Below are positions 60,801-64,000 of a DNA stretch of 64,000 nucleotides, piece by piece. Under the pieces are notes generated by a model that saw nothing but the letters and a program-made list of their open reading frames with translations, had not been told where the DNA came from and ran no database searches. Numbering within the stretch: position 1 is the first letter of the stretch; every line of letters begins with the position of its first letter. The translations under genes were made by a program, and so were the position numbers. The stretch is from Amoebophrya sp. A120 (lineage: Eukaryota; Protista; Dinoflagellata): contig CAJINV010000002.1 in NCBI GenBank assembly GCA_905178155.1, positions 6,788,743 through 6,852,742 on the forward strand, written 5' to 3'.

Positions 60801-63800
60801 AGCCAGCGGCGCCGTGCGCATTCGCCCCCGAACGGGCGCGGGGGGACAGGCCATCGCCACCCGGCCGGGCCACCCACGAAAAAAAACGCCCCGGGGGGCG
60901 GCGCCGGGGTTCTACAGATGTTTGTGGCGCCTGCCGTCTGCTGCTGAAAAAGCCGTATGCGCGCAAGTTTTGCGCAAGTCCGCAGCAAGTTCTGGAATCG
61001 TCTCGCGCTATCCACCGTTTTGGCTCTAACTTTTCTCCAGTCTCCTTCGGAGGTGGAGACAACATCGGATCGCCGACCAGTCATCTGGTATATTTTCGCT
61101 GCGACACATGGGTGGGGTGGTTAACTAGCTAGAATGTGGCCGCTTGTTATGACTATGATAGCCAACGGGAGAGATCTTCGTCAGAGATACCGGCCGCCAC
61201 AGAAGAGAGGCCATTCCGTCGCGATTCGCGTCTGCAAGTGTAGTGGGCGCGATGCATACGAGAAGACGCCCGGCGTGTCACATGTGCAACGCTTGCTCCT
61301 TCAGCATGATCATGAGCGTGATCCTGCTGACTCAACAGCAACACAAAGACCTGGAGTAATAGATGGCCACAAAGGCCAGAAGCCCAGGCCCGTCCGCGGC
61401 CAGCTCAGCTGCCCCCGCGCCGGCCGAAAAGCCTGGATGCCGGCGGTGATCAGGGTGGAGGAAAGACCGGAAATCAAACAGCGAAAAAAGTGCGCGCACA
61501 TGCGCGAAATTTGTGTTGCGGGAGGGTCAAAAGTGCCTCTTTTTTGAGTATGATCATGTTTTTTGGCCACGAGCTAACGGCGGCCATGGTCATATTTCCT
61601 GACCTGCCTCATACCACCGTGATTGGCGGTTTTTGTAAAATGCTACTTTTCAGCGTTTTCGCGCCATAGCATCGGTTTAAAAAACATGATCGTGCGCTAC
61701 TTTGTGTCATTTTCTTTTAGAAATTTTCCAACTTCTCCAAAAGTGACACATCTGAGCTGCGGAAAAATGGTATGATCATGTTTTTCAAACACGATGGCAC
61801 AGGGCACATAAGGCCCTCACCAGAAAAAGCATGATCATGCCCAAAATTGCCAATTTTCGCGGTCCGCGAAAATTGCGAAAAAGTCCGTGAATTTCTTGTG
61901 TCGAAGACAAGAAATCGTCCTGGCCCGGCTCAGGGCCAGCGGATCCCGGAATTGGTATGATCATGCTTTTTAAGCACGGCGAGGCTGGGCTCTCCGGCCC
62001 CGCCTTTTGGGTGACTTTTGGTCCTGGGGCAGTGGACAAGCGATTCGCCAGAGTCCAGGCCCCCTCCAATAGCACGCAGGTCAATCCTCATCCGGGGCGC
62101 CCGGGCTCGGCTTCCCACCCCCGAACGCCCCAGCTGTGGCGCTGGCCATCTTCCCTGCTGACGAGGCTGCAACGCAGGCGGGGTGGCGTCCCGCACATGC
62201 TCACCCAGCAAGTGCCTTGCCAGATCCCTCCTGTTAGCTAGCTAAGTCATCACATCAAGCGGCCACTAGTTGCTTCGTGACATTCCTCCTTCCAACTCAA
62301 TCAAAACACTACGCACGCCCTACTATCCCGGCGAGGAAAAAAAGGAAAAAATAACGAGGCTTTTTTTTGAAAAAAAAGTGGCATTTTTTAGGTAAAAGTG
62401 GGTGCGTGTATGATTATGATCATTTTTTTCAGCGCGATATCGGAGGTGGAGACAACATCGGATCGCCGACGAGTCTTGTTTCCTTCGTTATGCCTTGCAC
62501 GGTCGTTAGCATACAGAATGGTGAATTTGCAGTGAATTTGTATTGCATGACTTGCATTTACTAACAAAAGAGAAGGGCGCTGCGTAGGTATGGACACGAA
62601 CCCAAGCAGCCCACGCAGCGTGAAGGGCTGCTCGTCGCCCGGTGGCACTTGCAGCACCGAAAAAAGTGGTCTTGCGGGGGCCCGCCGGACTGTGTGGGGC
62701 ACGCATATGTAACCAAAGATGGTGAATCGTGTGGCTCTTGTTCATCTGCGCGTCTGCCTCAGAAGTTCCTCTCCGGAAAGGCCGGGAGGGAGGGCGACGC
62801 CTGAACACAGGGGCACTAGTTCAACACGTGCGCTCTCACGAGTTGTGGATGTGGCTTGGAATTGGATATCTGGGAGTAGCCTCGGGTGGAAAGGAAGGCA
62901 CGACTCGGCTACGGGCACTAGCTTGCTTGGCCTGGTGTGCTCGGCTTACAACTCCCAAGGCGTGTTTTTGCCCCCGGAGCAAGTCTGTTTCGACGTGGCT
63001 CTCAGGTCAAGAATTCTCTTGGTGAATTTTGAGGCTTTTTGTTTTTGCGACACTTTTTTGAAGCCCCCAAACCCGGAGTTTCTCACGCGCTAGCGAATTT
63101 TGAAAAGGAGCCGGAGGCCAAAATTCACCGGCGCCCTTTTCAAAATCCACCCCAAAATTCACCGGGCGCCCATTTTCGACCGTGATAAGCAAACTTTAGC
63201 GCAGAAAAGTACTCAAAAAAGTGCACAGATAGGCCATGAGAAGGAACGCAAAGGGGGAAAAAGCGGAGTCCTCTGCTGCCCTAAGCCCGTCTGTATTCTG
63301 CTGAAAATGCCGCAAGATTTCACGCGCCTGCCGGGAAAATGCGTCAAAGCTCTCGGCCGGGTCCTTTCGTCCTTGCCTGCCTTCTTGCTTAGTTGTATGC
63401 GCTTCGCAGCCTTTATTTCTGGCGTCTTTGCCGCGGCTGCTGCAGTGCTCTTCTGCGAGAACCCGGAGGCGCAAAAATCTGCCCAAAGAACGGCGCCCGG
63501 GCCATGTCCTCTGGCTGCCCACTGCACAAAAGCCCGCGGCTGCTGCGCGGTGCAGGGCCTTCTACTTCCCAGAACAGGGCCAAGAGGGACAATGTCCCGG
63601 CGGGCTCATCTGCAATTTGGCATGCAAAATTCACTGCAAATTCACCACTTCTCATGCTAACGGGTGTTAAAGCTCTAGTTCCTTCGGAGGTGGAGACAAC
63701 ATCGGATCGCCGACGAGTCTCTCATCTCTGCAGAAGCAGTTCTCTATCGGCGGCAATGGTCCCCTGGCCGGCGGCGCGGGTGATAGTACGAGCTTGAGTT

Positions 63801-64000
63801 TCAGAAAACTGCGAACCACACAGCAGCTCGACAGTCCCCCCGGCGCGATGGCTTTGAGCAGTCCGCTGAACCAGAGCCAAAACATCCGTGCTTCGCGGTG
63901 GCGGAAGTTGCGTGCGGTTACGAAATTCGTTGTACAGCAGCAACACGCGCCGGCGGCAGCCTCTGCGGGCGATGCTGATGATCAGAAAACGGACGGTCGG
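51829..64000 (+). CDS. Very large low-complexity/coiled-coil hypothetical protein, continuing past the window end
   Basis: ORFs 51829-57621, 57672-59153 and 59344-59997 join in frame after removing 57568-57717 and 59110-59237. The frame resumes after the fourth repeat copy (~63690) and is open to 64000 (GDNIGSPTSLSSLQKQFSIGGNG...RWRKLRAVTKF). Confidence 0.8.
57568..57717. mobile_element. Introner-like TIR element, family E
   Basis: TATGCATTGCAAAAACATCGTACT...AGTACGATACTTTTGCACAGGATA; perfect DR ACTCG. Confidence 0.92.
59110..59237. mobile_element. Introner-like TIR element, family F
   Basis: TATCCACAAAAAAAA...TTTTTTTTGTGGATA; DR TGGCC/CGGTC. Confidence 0.88.
59901..61030. mobile_element. 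Cassette 1, GC-rich, weak subterminal IR
   Basis: CCAGGACTTGC..CGGACTT (59911-) versus AAGTCCG..GCAAGTTCTGG (60976-60995). Confidence 0.55.
61084..62439. mobile_element. Cassette 2, subterminal IR and iterated ATGATCAT palindromes
   Basis: Imperfect IR 61123-61177 / 62222-62271 with core GTGGCCGCTTG/CAAGCGGCCAC; ends in GATA. Confidence 0.65.
62476..63678. mobile_element. Cassette 3, ~45-bp subterminal IR
   Basis: 62504-62549 / 63621-63662 with perfect 21-bp core TGGTGAATTTGCAGTGAATTT. Confidence 0.75.

Larger units (their letters stand above)
59848..63719. repeat. Array of four 36-53-bp direct repeats separated by three unrelated 1.1-1.4-kb cassettes
   Basis: Core TCGGAGGTGGAGACAACATCGGATCGCCGAC(G/C)AGTC in copies 59848-59900, 61031-61083, 62440-62475 and 63679-63719. 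Confidence 0.93.

Noticed and set aside
59848-63719. CRISPR array call
   Set aside because: Spacers are >1 kb, the repeat is host coding sequence of variable length, there are no cas genes, and the context is eukaryotic.

Overview
Eukaryotic, intron-rich genomic DNA with about 12 protein genes, all on the + strand. Recognisable genes are MCTS1/TMA20, a large NAD-specific glutamate dehydrogenase with N-terminal ankyrin repeats, WDR35/IFT121 and DNALI1/p28. There is also a TSP1+vWA adhesin-like gene, two paralogous tandem ABM-like-domain genes and several unknowns. About 22 non-canonical introns are MITE-like elements of at least 7 TIR families. They share 5'-TAT...ATA-3' ends, 5-bp flanking direct repeats and an internal TTGTNATGC motif; removing the element plus one repeat restores conserved protein motifs exactly. 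This architecture matches the introner elements described for the parasitic dinoflagellate Amoebophrya (inference, not a database result). The least explained signal is a second class of 0.7-1.4-kb GC-rich, inverted-repeat cassettes flanked by long (25-60 bp) duplications of local sequence. Three different cassettes are stacked in one exon at 59848-63719, separated by four copies of an AG|GT-containing coding segment. Mismatches between direct-repeat copies are mostly synonymous, suggesting both copies are constrained. All coordinates were read by eye, and splice points inside direct repeats are ambiguous.
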